From Theionarchaea archaeon (GTDB lineage Archaea; Methanobacteriota_B; Thermococci; Methanofastidiosales; SZ-28-30), in assembly GCA_018992685.1 (NCBI GenBank), contig JACVGT010000007.1:1-64000 (forward strand): a stretch of 64,000 nt of DNA. Direction: 5' to 3'. Positions 9,212 through 19,100 of this stretch are shown one piece after another. The notes below the pieces were generated by a model. That model worked only from the letters and a program-made list of their open reading frames with translations. It was not told where the DNA came from and ran no database searches. Each line of letters opens with the position of its first letter. The stretch's first letter is position 1. Made by a program: the position numbers and the translations under genes.

Positions 9212-10069
9212 ATGAAATTAGTAGTAGTCGTTGTACTCTTGTTGATCAGTGGTCTTTGTGTTGACACACAAGCTGCAACCCGCCGAGTCATGGTTGATCT
9301 CTCACATAGTGAGGAAAACGTCAATGCTGAGAACAACATGGTTGCATTACAGACACTGCTGCCGGATTTCTCTCTCAGCTTCAACTATCAGCCTTTGAAC
9401 CTGGACACCCTCAGGGGATTTGATGCAATTATGCTCTATCATCCTTTTGCATTGTTGACTAATTCTGACATGGACATTCTGAAGAAATTCGTGAAAGATG
9501 GCGGTGGACTTATCATTTGTGGAGAGCACGATATAGGATGGGAAGATGAGTCCAGATTGTCCTATAATGAATTTACTTCAACGTTCGGCGTGACATTTCA
9601 GTCCAATGCAGTGGACGATCCCACAGACAAGAAAGGGTGTTACTGTACTCCTGTGATTCACAACCTCGTAGAACATCCCCTGACACTGGGTGTTCAGCAA
9701 ATAGTCATGTACAAGCCATGTTCACTTCAGGTATCTGAAGATGCAACAACCGTTGCTTGGGGTGACGATGACACGAACACCATTGGGGCAGACATGGTCC
9801 AGGGAGAAAGTGTAGTGGTAGTTGCGGTGGTTGAATACGGCAAAGGAAGGATAATTATACTGGGGTCGAATACGCCCTTCTTGGATTCCTTCATTAACCT
9901 GCCAAACAACCAGGAATTCTCCATAAATTGCTTCCAGTGGGTGTCTGAGAATGCACTTCCGAGCTCCGGACTGTGGAACACAGTTGTTGTTGTCGTGGTA
10001 GTAGCAGGAGTTCTTTTGATTCTTGGTGCAATAACTGGACTCAGGGGTCGAAAGAGAACTGAAGAATAA
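9212..10069 (+). CDS. secreted, C-terminally membrane-anchored protein (DJ-1/ThuA-like fold suspected)
   Basis: Signal peptide MKLVVVVVLLLISGLCV, a soluble domain with GGLIICGEHD, and a C-terminal hydrophobic helix plus RGRKRTEE basic tail. Shares a divergent AT-rich promoter region with 8656..9063. Confidence 0.6.
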   Translation: MKLVVVVVLLLISGLCVDTQAATRRVMVDLSHSEENVNAENNMVALQTLLPDFSLSFNYQPLNLDTLRGFDAIMLYHPFALLTNSDMDILKKFVKDGGGLIICGEHDIGWEDESRLSYNEFTSTFGVTFQSNAVDDPTDKKGCYCTPVIHNLVEHPLTLGVQQIVMYKPCSLQVSEDATTVAWGDDDTNTIGADMVQGESVVVVAVVEYGKGRIIILGSNTPFLDSFINLPNNQEFSINCFQWVSENALPSSGLWNTVVVVVVVAGVLLILGAITGLRGRKRTEE

Positions 10070-10236
10070 GGACACAGAATCAACGAACCCTGGACAAAAA
10101 GTGCAGGAGTCAAAGCAACAGAGTAAGAGTAAGAGTAATTCCTGGAGACTAGGTCACAACCAGGAGAGCAAGTGCCATCAGGTGAATGAAAAAAAGAGAA
10201 ATCAGAGTCGCAAGGACTCTAGAACATAATATAGGA

Positions 10237-11214
10237 TTATATTTTTTCTCCGCAATTTTGGCAGAACTTACTTCCAGCAGGAATTTCAGACCCGCACTTT
10301 GGGCATTTAATGCCTGCAGACACTGTGCCCATGGCATTTCCGCAGCTTGGGCAGAATTTGGCATTTCGAGGCACCTGCATTCCACAGTTTGGGCACTGGA
10401 CCAGCGCTGCCCCTGGACCGGTCATCATCTGAGTTGCTCCCTGAAGTGCGTAAGGAATTGCCATGAATCCAGCACCCAAAGCAGCTCCTCCTCCTTTAGT
10501 ATCTCTGATAGCCTCTGCAAACTTCTCTGCCACCTCTTTGCCCATCAGTTGTTCGGCATTAACTCCTCTTTGAAGGTAGAAGAGTTTGTTCTTGTAGTCA
10601 TCGGGAATGGTTACTCCTTCAATTCGCATATCCACCATTTCCAGACCAAAGCGGTCCAGATCTGTCCGCAGCTGAGCCCTGATCTTCGTGGATGTTTCCT
10701 CCGTTTGTCTGTAGACTTCGAAGGATGTGTAATCAGCCAGTGTGTCGATGAATTTCTCGATTATAAAGGATTCAATAAAATCCTTTACTTCCGCCTCTGT
10801 AAAGCGGGACAGGTTGCCTACTATCTCAATGACAAACAGCTTTGGATCTCCTATCTGCAGGAATGTAGTGCCGAAACTTCCCACGGGAACCATGTCCTTG
10901 AGCATCACCTTCTGTTTTGTCCCAAACTTGATGGTGAACTTTGAGGTGTTGACGAAGACAACCTCTGCTGTAAATGGCGTGCGTCCATCAAAGAAAACTT
11001 TGTACGCCCGATACAGAAGAGGTATATTGAGCGTGGTCAAAGTATGTCTGCCAGGGCCAAGTGCATCGTATGCTTTTCCATCCCTGAAGAAGACGGCCTG
11101 TTGGTTTTCTCGGACAATGCATTGATCACCGAGTGTCACTTCTCCCCTGTATGCATTTACCAGATCGTCTCCTCTGTAATCTATAACGTGCATAACTCTT
11201 CCCTCTTGTCCCAT
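10237..11214 (-). CDS. SPFH/Band-7 domain protein fused to C-terminal double zinc-ribbon
   Basis: 325 aa. Core resembles the SPFH (stomatin/prohibitin/flotillin) fold. C-terminus has CPNCG..CPSCG..CPKCG..CQNCG, four CxxC pairs forming two zinc ribbons. Confidence 0.7.
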   Translation of the reverse strand: MGQEGRVMHVIDYRGDDLVNAYRGEVTLGDQCIVRENQQAVFFRDGKAYDALGPGRHTLTTLNIPLLYRAYKVFFDGRTPFTAEVVFVNTSKFTIKFGTKQKVMLKDMVPVGSFGTTFLQIGDPKLFVIEIVGNLSRFTEAEVKDFIESFIIEKFIDTLADYTSFEVYRQTEETSTKIRAQLRTDLDRFGLEMVDMRIEGVTIPDDYKNKLFYLQRGVNAEQLMGKEVAEKFAEAIRDTKGGGAALGAGFMAIPYALQGATQMMTGPGAALVQCPNCGMQVPRNAKFCPSCGNAMGTVSAGIKCPKCGSEIPAGSKFCQNCGEKI

Positions 11215-11624
11215 TCTTCTTCGATTTCCAGGATTCTTGTCTTCAGAATCTCTAGTTCTTCAATTCCCTTAACTCGACTTATGAGATCAAACACTTTTAG
11301 GTCGTGCTCGTAGATCAAGTCAAGTGTATCTTCATCGATATGATTGAGGTCGAAGAATCCTGCATAGCCGTAGTCTGCGTGCTCAATCTCGTCTTTCAGT
11401 TTCTGGATGCGAGCAATGAAAGTCTCAAGTTCCTTGACTTTCTTCAAATCGTCAGGATATTCCTCTTCCATACCGATCAGATCATACTTGAGACCATCCA
11501 AGGCCCGAACTAGCCGCATTCTCAGGGCTTTATCCTGTTCTCTTCGAATTTCCTTTTCCTTGTAGCCCTTGAATCCAGGAACAATCAGCTCGAGTCTTTC
11601 CAGAAGTCTTAGCTTCTTGGGCAT
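11181..11624 (-). CDS. hypothetical charged coiled-coil protein, co-oriented with and overlapping the SPFH gene
   Basis: 147 aa, K/E-rich. 3' end overlaps the SPFH start by about 30 nt, so the two are probably co-transcribed. Confidence 0.45.
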   Translation of the reverse strand: MPKKLRLLERLELIVPGFKGYKEKEIRREQDKALRMRLVRALDGLKYDLIGMEEEYPDDLKKVKELETFIARIQKLKDEIEHADYGYAGFFDLNHIDEDTLDLIYEHDLKVFDLISRVKGIEELEILKTRILEIEEEWDKREELCTL

Positions 11625-11815
11625 AGCCTCACCATCTTTAGGTAGTCATTGCGGGTATAAAAAGATTTCTCAATTCTTTACCTTAGCAAAGTGAACAAAT
11701 ATTGCTTTCAGGCTTTCTGTGGGGTTCGTGGCAGGAAGACAGTGACATGCTGTCACCTCATGAGTGGAGAAGAGAAAAACGGGAAATCAGTGATAGCAGT
11801 CAAAAAAGGGAGAGG

Positions 11816-12676
11816 TTATAACATGTCTTGGAGCAGTTCTGCAATGTTATCTGGGGTATCAGCTACAGGCACCTTCGCTTTCTTGAATGCTTCCACCTTG
11901 GATTCCACTGTACCTGTTTTGCCAGAAATGACAGCACCTGCATGTCCCATACGTTTTCCCTTGGGCGCAGTTTTCCCCGCCACGTACGCCACCACTGGTT
12001 TGTCAATAAATTCTTTGATGAATTCTGAAGCCAGTTCTTCAGCATTTCCTCCGATTTCACCAATCAATACCACAGCCTGTGTCTCCTTTTCCCTCTCATA
12101 TTTCTTCAGGGCATCAATGAAATTAAACCCTACCACAGGATCTCCCCCTAGTCCCACGACGGTTGACTGTCCAAGGCCATTTCTGGTGAGATCTGTCACG
12201 ATCTCATACGTTAGGGTCCCGCTCCGTGAGGCTACCCCCACGGGCCCCGCTTTGAATATATGTGAGGGCATGATTCCCAGTTTACATTTCTCGGGAACCA
12301 TCATTCCTGGCGTGTTGGGGCCAATAACGCTAATCTCTTTGGAAACGGCCAGCTGGATGAACATGATTGAGTCATGCACAGGGACATGCTCTGTGATTAC
12401 TACGATAGGGTTCAGTCCAGAGCCGATGGATTCAAGAACCGCATCCTTGGCAAAAGGGGCAGGAACAAAAATAATGGAGGCTGTGACCCCCGTTTCTGCT
12501 TTTGCTTCAGCAACTGTGTCATACACGGGGATATTATGAACAGACTGACCGCCTTTTCCTGGAGTAGCTCCTGCAACTATCTTTGTACCGTAGTCCAGCA
12601 TGGATTTTGCATGGAACTGGCCCTGCGTCCCAGTGATATTCTGGACCACGATTCTTGTGTTCTCATCGATAAGCAT
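11816..12676 (-). CDS. sucD: succinyl-CoA synthetase alpha-subunit-like CoA-binding protein
   Basis: CoA-binding Rossmann N-terminus, phosphohistidine loop MGHAGAVISG, and GxGG motifs. No beta subunit gene adjacent. Confidence 0.8.
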   Translation of the reverse strand: MLIDENTRIVVQNITGTQGQFHAKSMLDYGTKIVAGATPGKGGQSVHNIPVYDTVAEAKAETGVTASIIFVPAPFAKDAVLESIGSGLNPIVVITEHVPVHDSIMFIQLAVSKEISVIGPNTPGMMVPEKCKLGIMPSHIFKAGPVGVASRSGTLTYEIVTDLTRNGLGQSTVVGLGGDPVVGFNFIDALKKYEREKETQAVVLIGEIGGNAEELASEFIKEFIDKPVVAYVAGKTAPKGKRMGHAGAVISGKTGTVESKVEAFKKAKVPVADTPDNIAELLQDML

Positions 12677-12832
12677 ACGTCACCTTCTGGTTTCTTCTTA
12701 TAAGTCTTGTGGATTCTTTTCGATCAGCAACAGTTCTCTCAACTTGTGGAAAATCCGGTCAAGACACACAGGTTCCGGGTGGTAGAAGCGCGAGTCCGAA
12801 ACCCTTAAATCGTATTACTCACAGGGTATGAA

Positions 12833-14491
12833 ATGGAGAAAATCTGGCTTAAGCACTATCCCGAGGAAGTGCCTGAAGGTGCAGACTATCCTGACGTGCC
12901 CATGTTTTACTTCTTGGACGAAGCCACCTCGAAATTTCCTGAAAAGACATCCATGATTTTTGTGGGGAAAAAGATAACCTATTTTGAGTTGTATGATGCG
13001 GTTCTCAGACTGGCAAATGGACTTATTGATTTGGGAGTCGAGAAAGGCGACAGGGTTTCTGTTTTCATGCCCAACTGCCCCCAGGCAGTAATCTCGTATT
13101 TTGCCATCCAGAAAGCTGGAGGCATTGTGGTAGAGACAAATCCATTGTACGTGGAACGAGAGCTTGAATATCAGCTGCAGGACGCGGGAGTGAACACTGT
13201 GGTTACCTTGGACTTGAAGATGTTGTTTCCCAAGGTACAGGCCGTCCGCGACACTGTTCCCCTCAAGACCGTTATTGTCAGCAGTCTTTCTGAATATCTT
13301 CCTTTCCCAAAAAATGTCCTCTATCCTGTAGTGAGAAGACGGGACTGTGTCCCAGTCGAGAGAGGTGAAGGTACATTCCTTTTCAAGGACGTGCTCTCCA
13401 CCCACCCCCGACGTGACCCTAAGATTGCCGTGGATGCTGATGAATGTGCTGTTCTCCTGTATACAGGAGGAACCACAGGAGTTCCCAAAGGAGTCACTCT
13501 CACTCACAAGAACCTGGTGGCTAATTGTGTCCAGGGATTCCACTGGCTGTACAAGGCAGAATATGCGGGAGAAATAATATTAGCTGCCCTCCCCCTGTTT
13601 CACAGTTTTGGACATACATGCTGCCTGAATTTTGCCGTGTACGCAGCTTCTACGCTTGTCTTGATCCCGGATCCTAGAGATACCAAGGATATCCTGGAGA
13701 ATATTCAAAAGCATCGAGGGACTATGGTTCCTGGCGTCCCAGCCATGTATGTCAACATGATTAACTACCCTGGGCTGACGAGGTATGATCTCTCCTCCGT
13801 CAAGTACTGTTTCAGTGGGGCAGCTCCCATGCCAGTGGAGGTTCTTGAGAGATTTGAGGCACTGACTGGAGGGGTGATACTGGAAGGGTTCGGCATGACA
13901 GAAACTAGTCCCGTCACCCACATCAATCCGTTGACTGGCCGAAGAAAAGTGGGCAGCATAGGACTCCCTATTTCTGACACTGACTGCAAGATTGTTGACC
14001 TGAAAGAAGGAGAGAGAGAAGTTCCCGTGGGTGAGGAAGGTGAGATGGTGGTTAGAGGGCCCCAGGTAATGAAGGGATACTGGAATGATGCTGAAGAAAC
14101 AGGAAAAGTACTGCGCGAAGGCTGGATGTACACAGGAGACATTGCCACAATGGATGAAGAAGGATACTTCTATATTGTAGGTAGAAAGAAGGACATGATC
14201 ATCTCATCCGGGTTCAATGTCTATCCCAGGGAAATAGAGGAAGTCCTTTTTGAACATCCAAAGATCAAGGAAGCTTCAGTCATTGGCATTCCTGATGAGA
14301 AGAGAGGAGAGACTGTCAAAGCTTTCATTGTACTAAAAGAAGGAGAACAGACCACTTCAGAAGAAGTAATTGAGTTCTGCAAGGAGAATCTGGCAGCTTA
14401 TAAAGTTCCGACTTCCATCGAGGTGGTGGAAACTCTTCCAAAGAGCATGGTGGGAAAGGTACTGAGGAGAAAACTGAGAGAGCCACAATGA
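12833..14491 (+). CDS. long-chain acyl-CoA synthetase (AMP-forming)
   Basis: 552 aa. AMP-binding motif LLYTGGTTGVPKGV. C-terminal motifs of the ANL superfamily (GWMYTGDIA, VGRKKDMIISSGFNVYP). Confidence 0.9.
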   Translation: MEKIWLKHYPEEVPEGADYPDVPMFYFLDEATSKFPEKTSMIFVGKKITYFELYDAVLRLANGLIDLGVEKGDRVSVFMPNCPQAVISYFAIQKAGGIVVETNPLYVERELEYQLQDAGVNTVVTLDLKMLFPKVQAVRDTVPLKTVIVSSLSEYLPFPKNVLYPVVRRRDCVPVERGEGTFLFKDVLSTHPRRDPKIAVDADECAVLLYTGGTTGVPKGVTLTHKNLVANCVQGFHWLYKAEYAGEIILAALPLFHSFGHTCCLNFAVYAASTLVLIPDPRDTKDILENIQKHRGTMVPGVPAMYVNMINYPGLTRYDLSSVKYCFSGAAPMPVEVLERFEALTGGVILEGFGMTETSPVTHINPLTGRRKVGSIGLPISDTDCKIVDLKEGEREVPVGEEGEMVVRGPQVMKGYWNDAEETGKVLREGWMYTGDIATMDEEGYFYIVGRKKDMIISSGFNVYPREIEEVLFEHPKIKEASVIGIPDEKRGETVKAFIVLKEGEQTTSEEVIEFCKENLAAYKVPTSIEVVETLPKSMVGKVLRRKLREPQ

Positions 14492-14508
14492 CCGGCACTG
14501 TAGCAGGA

Positions 14509-15441
14509 TTACTCTGTCAGTGTAGTCCTAATCTTTTTGGCGTGGGCCAAGAAATGCTGCTCAATCTCCTCACGAAGTTCATCAACCCCCTTGTGTGTCT
14601 CAGTGGAGATATTGGAGTACGTACTTTCTCCAAGGTCACACTTATTGTTGACAACAATCAGGGGGATACCCATTCCTCTGATTTCCTCGAGTAATCGTTC
14701 TTGCTGATTGACAGAGTATCCACACGTTTCTGATACATCAAAGATATACACGATGAGATCTGCCACGTTGGTTAAGGCACTTATTGCCTGCCTTTCAATC
14801 CAGTTTCTTCGAGAAAGGGGACGATCGAGCAGGCCTGGAGTATCAACCACTTGTATGTCTGTGTGGTGGTATTCCATGTGACCAATGTTTATGCCCTGAG
14901 TGGTGAAAGGGTAAGCCTGAATTTCGGGTTCTGATCCTGTCAACTCTTTCAGTAATGATGTCTTGCCCACATTGGGAAGTCCAGCCAACACCACGGTGAA
15001 TGAATCGGGGTTAACAGAGGGCAGAGATACAAGCTTACTCCTCACCTCTATGAGGAAAATGAGATTTTCTTCAACCTGATCGAGGACAGAGACGTAACGG
15101 GCGTAACACTGTTGTAAGAGCTGCAGCCGCAGGTCTCTGTTCTTTCTCATTTTGGACAGATATTCTCTCTTGATCTTCTGGATTGTGTTCAGAGCCCATT
15201 GCAGGGCACCAAGGTTGTGCCTGACAGCATCTTCCCCCACCAGGATATCAATGAGTTCCCGTTGAAACGTGTCAAGATGCTGAAAAGAAGGGTATCTTTT
15301 TATGATCTTCTCAAGCATTGACGCGATGGTATCAGCTGCCATAGTTACCTTTTCCAGGTCGTTCTTTCCCTTTCTGGATGCCTTCTTGAAAGCGACGTCG
15401 ACAATTTCCTGCTTGGTGAACGGTGGGATTTCTTTGAACAT
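14509..15441 (-). CDS. NOG1-family GTPase
   Basis: N-terminal helical NOG1 domain followed by G-domain motifs GLPNVGKTS (G1), DTPG (G3) and NKCD (G4). Confidence 0.8.
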   Translation of the reverse strand: MFKEIPPFTKQEIVDVAFKKASRKGKNDLEKVTMAADTIASMLEKIIKRYPSFQHLDTFQRELIDILVGEDAVRHNLGALQWALNTIQKIKREYLSKMRKNRDLRLQLLQQCYARYVSVLDQVEENLIFLIEVRSKLVSLPSVNPDSFTVVLAGLPNVGKTSLLKELTGSEPEIQAYPFTTQGINIGHMEYHHTDIQVVDTPGLLDRPLSRRNWIERQAISALTNVADLIVYIFDVSETCGYSVNQQERLLEEIRGMGIPLIVVNNKCDLGESTYSNISTETHKGVDELREEIEQHFLAHAKKIRTTLTE

Positions 15442-15593
15442 TAGGTTCCCTCTGCTTTGAAGGTTAAAGAAGGTTTTGTTTCAGCTTCTTTTCCTGCAAG
15501 AAGAGAAATGAAAGTGCCCTTTGAGGCAGAATGCACAGGCCGGAGCTCAGATCCACCGAAAGCCTTATAAGATTTTTTTTCACTACTCTTTTC

Positions 15594-16043
15594 ATGGCTA
15601 TTACATTCAGGGTTGAAGACCACAAGGATATAATTGACGAGAACAACGTGTATTACATCCTCATGAAAAGTTCGTCTCAGTTGGGAACTGTTTATGCGAT
15701 TCCTTCTGGTAATCATCCTATCCGCAGTTTTAGAAAAGAAATGACCTACATGGAGAGTACGACCATTCCTTATCTGGAGGAGATGGGCGTCCAGCTGATC
15801 AAAGTATCGAATGTAGTTTTCGAAGGTGACAGGATGATTGTTCGTTTGGACAACCCTGAAGATCTCAAGTTTTTCTACAGAGAGTTCTTCCTGACCGGTG
15901 AGAAATATAACTACACCTATGTTGCTTCTCTGATTTTCTCTCCACCTGTGATTTTCTCTTTTTCTGGACCGCACAGAACCACCAGAGAATTTGCAAAGAA
16001 ACTGGAGGAAGAAGGGTATAAGGTAATCAGAGGAGAAATTTGA
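15594..16043 (+). CDS. hypothetical protein
   Basis: 150-aa ORF from ATG 15594, about 23 bp downstream of cttataag. The opposite-strand ORF 15441..16067 is low-complexity and was rejected. Confidence 0.45.
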   Translation: MAITFRVEDHKDIIDENNVYYILMKSSSQLGTVYAIPSGNHPIRSFRKEMTYMESTTIPYLEEMGVQLIKVSNVVFEGDRMIVRLDNPEDLKFFYREFFLTGEKYNYTYVASLIFSPPVIFSFSGPHRTTREFAKKLEEEGYKVIRGEI

Positions 16044-16150
16044 TGATTCAAGCAGTGAGAGCGGCATCCTGTTTTCCTCTTCAGTTCGAAGGAGCTTCTT
16101 GTCAATTTTCCGGTCGTATTTGGAGGCAGTCCTGATTTCATGTACATGTA

Positions 16151-19100
16151 CTATGAGGATCGCATGTAGATGAAGAGTAGTGCTGCTGCCACTGCTATGA
16201 GAACTCCTGCACCAGCTGCAACCATCAGCAGCGTCGTCCTCGTGTCCAGTCCTTCCAACAACCCTCGCCCAGTTGCTTGCCCCACAATTAGCTGGATCTG
16301 AGCTGAGGTTTCAAGCCCTGCCCTGTCTCTTGCCGTCACCGCAATTGTGTAGGTTCCCTCTGCAGTTGGGACTATCCATTGATAGGTCCAGGACTCAGTA
16401 CCCTGGGCTTCCTGTGGGGGTTCGCCATTCACAGCCACTTCTACAGTGGCTATTCCATTGAGATCATAGGCAGTTCCAGTGATCAGGAAGGAATCTCCTG
16501 TGACCGTGCTCCTGTCAGGAGTGGTGATGTATAGCTCAGGAGGTGTGGTGTCAATGATCACTGAGATTTCTTCAGAGTACCCGGCCTGGCCAAGGTCATC
16601 CCAGGCTCGTGCTTGCAAAGTGTATTCGCCATCCACAGGATACCAGGAGAAGGTCCATGTTCCCACAGGTCCCTCAACAGGCTGCCACGTGTCGCCTCCA
16701 TCGGTGGTGATCTCGATCCGTCTCACCACATCATTGTCAAGAGCAGTTCCCTTCAGTTCAAAACTGGTCTGAGACTCAATCTCCTTCAGCTGTAATCCTG
16801 GATCAAAAGCCACCACTGGAGGAGTGTTATCAACAACAATCATCACTGCATCCCCTACCAGCTCGGTGTTACCTTCATCATCGATGGCTCTGGATCGTAT
16901 GGTGTAGATTCCGTCTGATGGAAGTCTCCACCTGTAGGACCAGCTGACCGTTCCTGAGGCTGCACGCCAGGTTACCCCATTGTCAAAAGATACCTCCACT
17001 TTCGTCACCTCATTATTGTCAGAAGCCGTACCTCTAACGGTGATGTAGGTTCCTTTGTGCTTGGTGTTTGTCTGGGGATAGGTAATAATGGAATTGGGAG
17101 ATATTGTATCTGTGGGGGGCTGAGCGCTGGGTGGAGGCGGATGTGGAGGGAGGGGCATTGCAAGAACTGTAAAGGTCTTATTGGGCACACTGGAAGCAGG
17201 AGTGGAAGCACCAGAAGCGTCAACCTGCTTGATCCCCGGGCTGGATGGGGGCACTCTGAACTTGGCAGAAAAGTTCCCCGTGCTGTTCGCTTTCACTGTC
17301 CCTGCAGACGTTCCAGGCACTGTGGATCCCAAGGGAGTGAGGGAAACGGGGACCCCTGCAAAGGTCACCTTAATATTATCTTCATTGGCAGAGAATCCTG
17401 TCCCAGATACAGTCACCCAGATGCCTGAGGGACCAGCAATGGGGAAAATACTGATCCGCGGAGCAGGTGGAGGTGTGGGCGGTGCACAATCACCTACAGG
17501 GATCTCTGGTCCTGTGCCTCCCACAGAGGTGGTGTCAGTCCCATCATCTGCTGTTACGGTGTAGCTGTGGGTTCCTATGGGGAAGCCCCCAGAATACACG
17601 TAGAAATAGACTTTTCCGTTCTTGTAGTACGTGTCTCCAGGATCCAGTTCTGACATTGCAAAGGTGCCAATTCCCGTTATGGTAATGGTAAGAGAGACAG
17701 GATCATCATTATCTGTATCTGTGTAGGTGACCTGGTATACGAAAACGGTCGAGGTGTTGCCACATGCGGGAGTCACAGAGTAACTGGTGAGAGTTGCGGG
17801 TGTATTGGGATCTGCTGTTACCGTCGGCCCCGTACCTCCCACAGAGGTGGTATCAGTCCCATCATCTGCTGTTATGGTGTAGCTGTGGGTTCCTGGTGAC
17901 AGGCCAGCTGTGTAGTCATAGTAGTACAGCTTCCCATCTTTGTAGTACGTGTCTCCAGGATCCAGTTCTGACATTGCAAAGGTGCCAATTCCCGTTATAG
18001 TAATCGTCAGAGAAGCAGGATCATCATTATCAAAATCTGTGTAGGTGACAGTATATCTGAAGTTGGTGGTTTGAGTGCCTGAGGATGGAGTCACAGAGTA
18101 ACTGGTGAGAGTTGCGGGTGTATTGGGATCTGCTGTTACCGTCGGCCCCGTACCTCCCACAGAGGTGGTATCAGTTCCATCATCTGCTGTTATGGTGTAG
18201 CTGTGGGTTCCGGGTGACAGGCCAGCTGTGTAGTCATAGTAGTACAGCTTCCCATCTTTGTAGTACGTGTCTCCAGGATCCAGTTCTGACATTGCAAAGG
18301 TGCCAATTCCCGTTATAGTAATCGTCAGAGAAGCAGGATCATCATTATCAGCGTCTGTGTAGGTGACAGTATATCTGAAGTTGGTGGTTTGAGTGCCTGA
18401 GGACGGGGTAACTCCCAGAGAAAGGAGGGTGGGTGCAGTGTTTGTGCCAGAGACGGAAGGGCCAGTTGCACCGATGGATACGGGGTTCGTTCCATCACTG
18501 GCCGCTATTGTATAACTATGAGTCCCCGCCCCCAGACCTGAATATTCGTAATAGTACTGATTACCATCCACATAATTGTAATCATCTGGATTGCTTTCTA
18601 TCATGTTAAAGGTGCCTACACCTGTAATGGTAAGACTAACATACGTGGGTGCATTGTTGTCCTGATCTGTGTAGGTGACAGTATACCTGAAAATAGTAGT
18701 GGACGTTCCTGAAGAGGGAGACACCTGATAGTTGACGAGTTGAGGAGGGTTGTCAGGAGGATCTTCTACCACAGTGATGGTCACAGAACTGGTGTCCCGT
18801 GCTCCAAAATCGTCTTCAGCCACTACCTCAAGGGTGTATGTACCCTCAGGAGTTTCTTTGGATATCACAGTTTGTACAGTGTATACGGAGTCTCCTGCAA
18901 CCTTGTCAGGAATTACTCCATCATCTTTCATTGCGGTCATAGAGCCATTAAAAGGGGAAAAATCAATGAGGACTGTCTCAATATTGTCATCGCTGTCTTC
19001 AACATGGGCTGACAGTATGAGGGTGGTGGTTCCATTGTTTGGTACGAATTGAGGAACTGCACTGACATCAACAATAACAGGCGGACTGTTTGGTTCAAAA

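Noticed and set aside
12815-13543. 242-aa minus-strand ORF
   Set aside because: Lies entirely antisense within the acyl-CoA synthetase gene, which has unmistakable AMP-binding motifs.
15441-16067. 208-aa minus-strand ORF
   Set aside because: Ser/Arg-rich low-complexity translation. The plus-strand ORF 15594..16043 has a TATA box at -23 and more protein-like composition.
17005-18318. Multiple 60-130-aa ORFs on the plus strand inside 16151..19936
   Set aside because: They are antisense frames of the repetitive surface-protein gene. Their near-identity (17794 vs 18112) simply reflects the underlying DNA tandem repeat.
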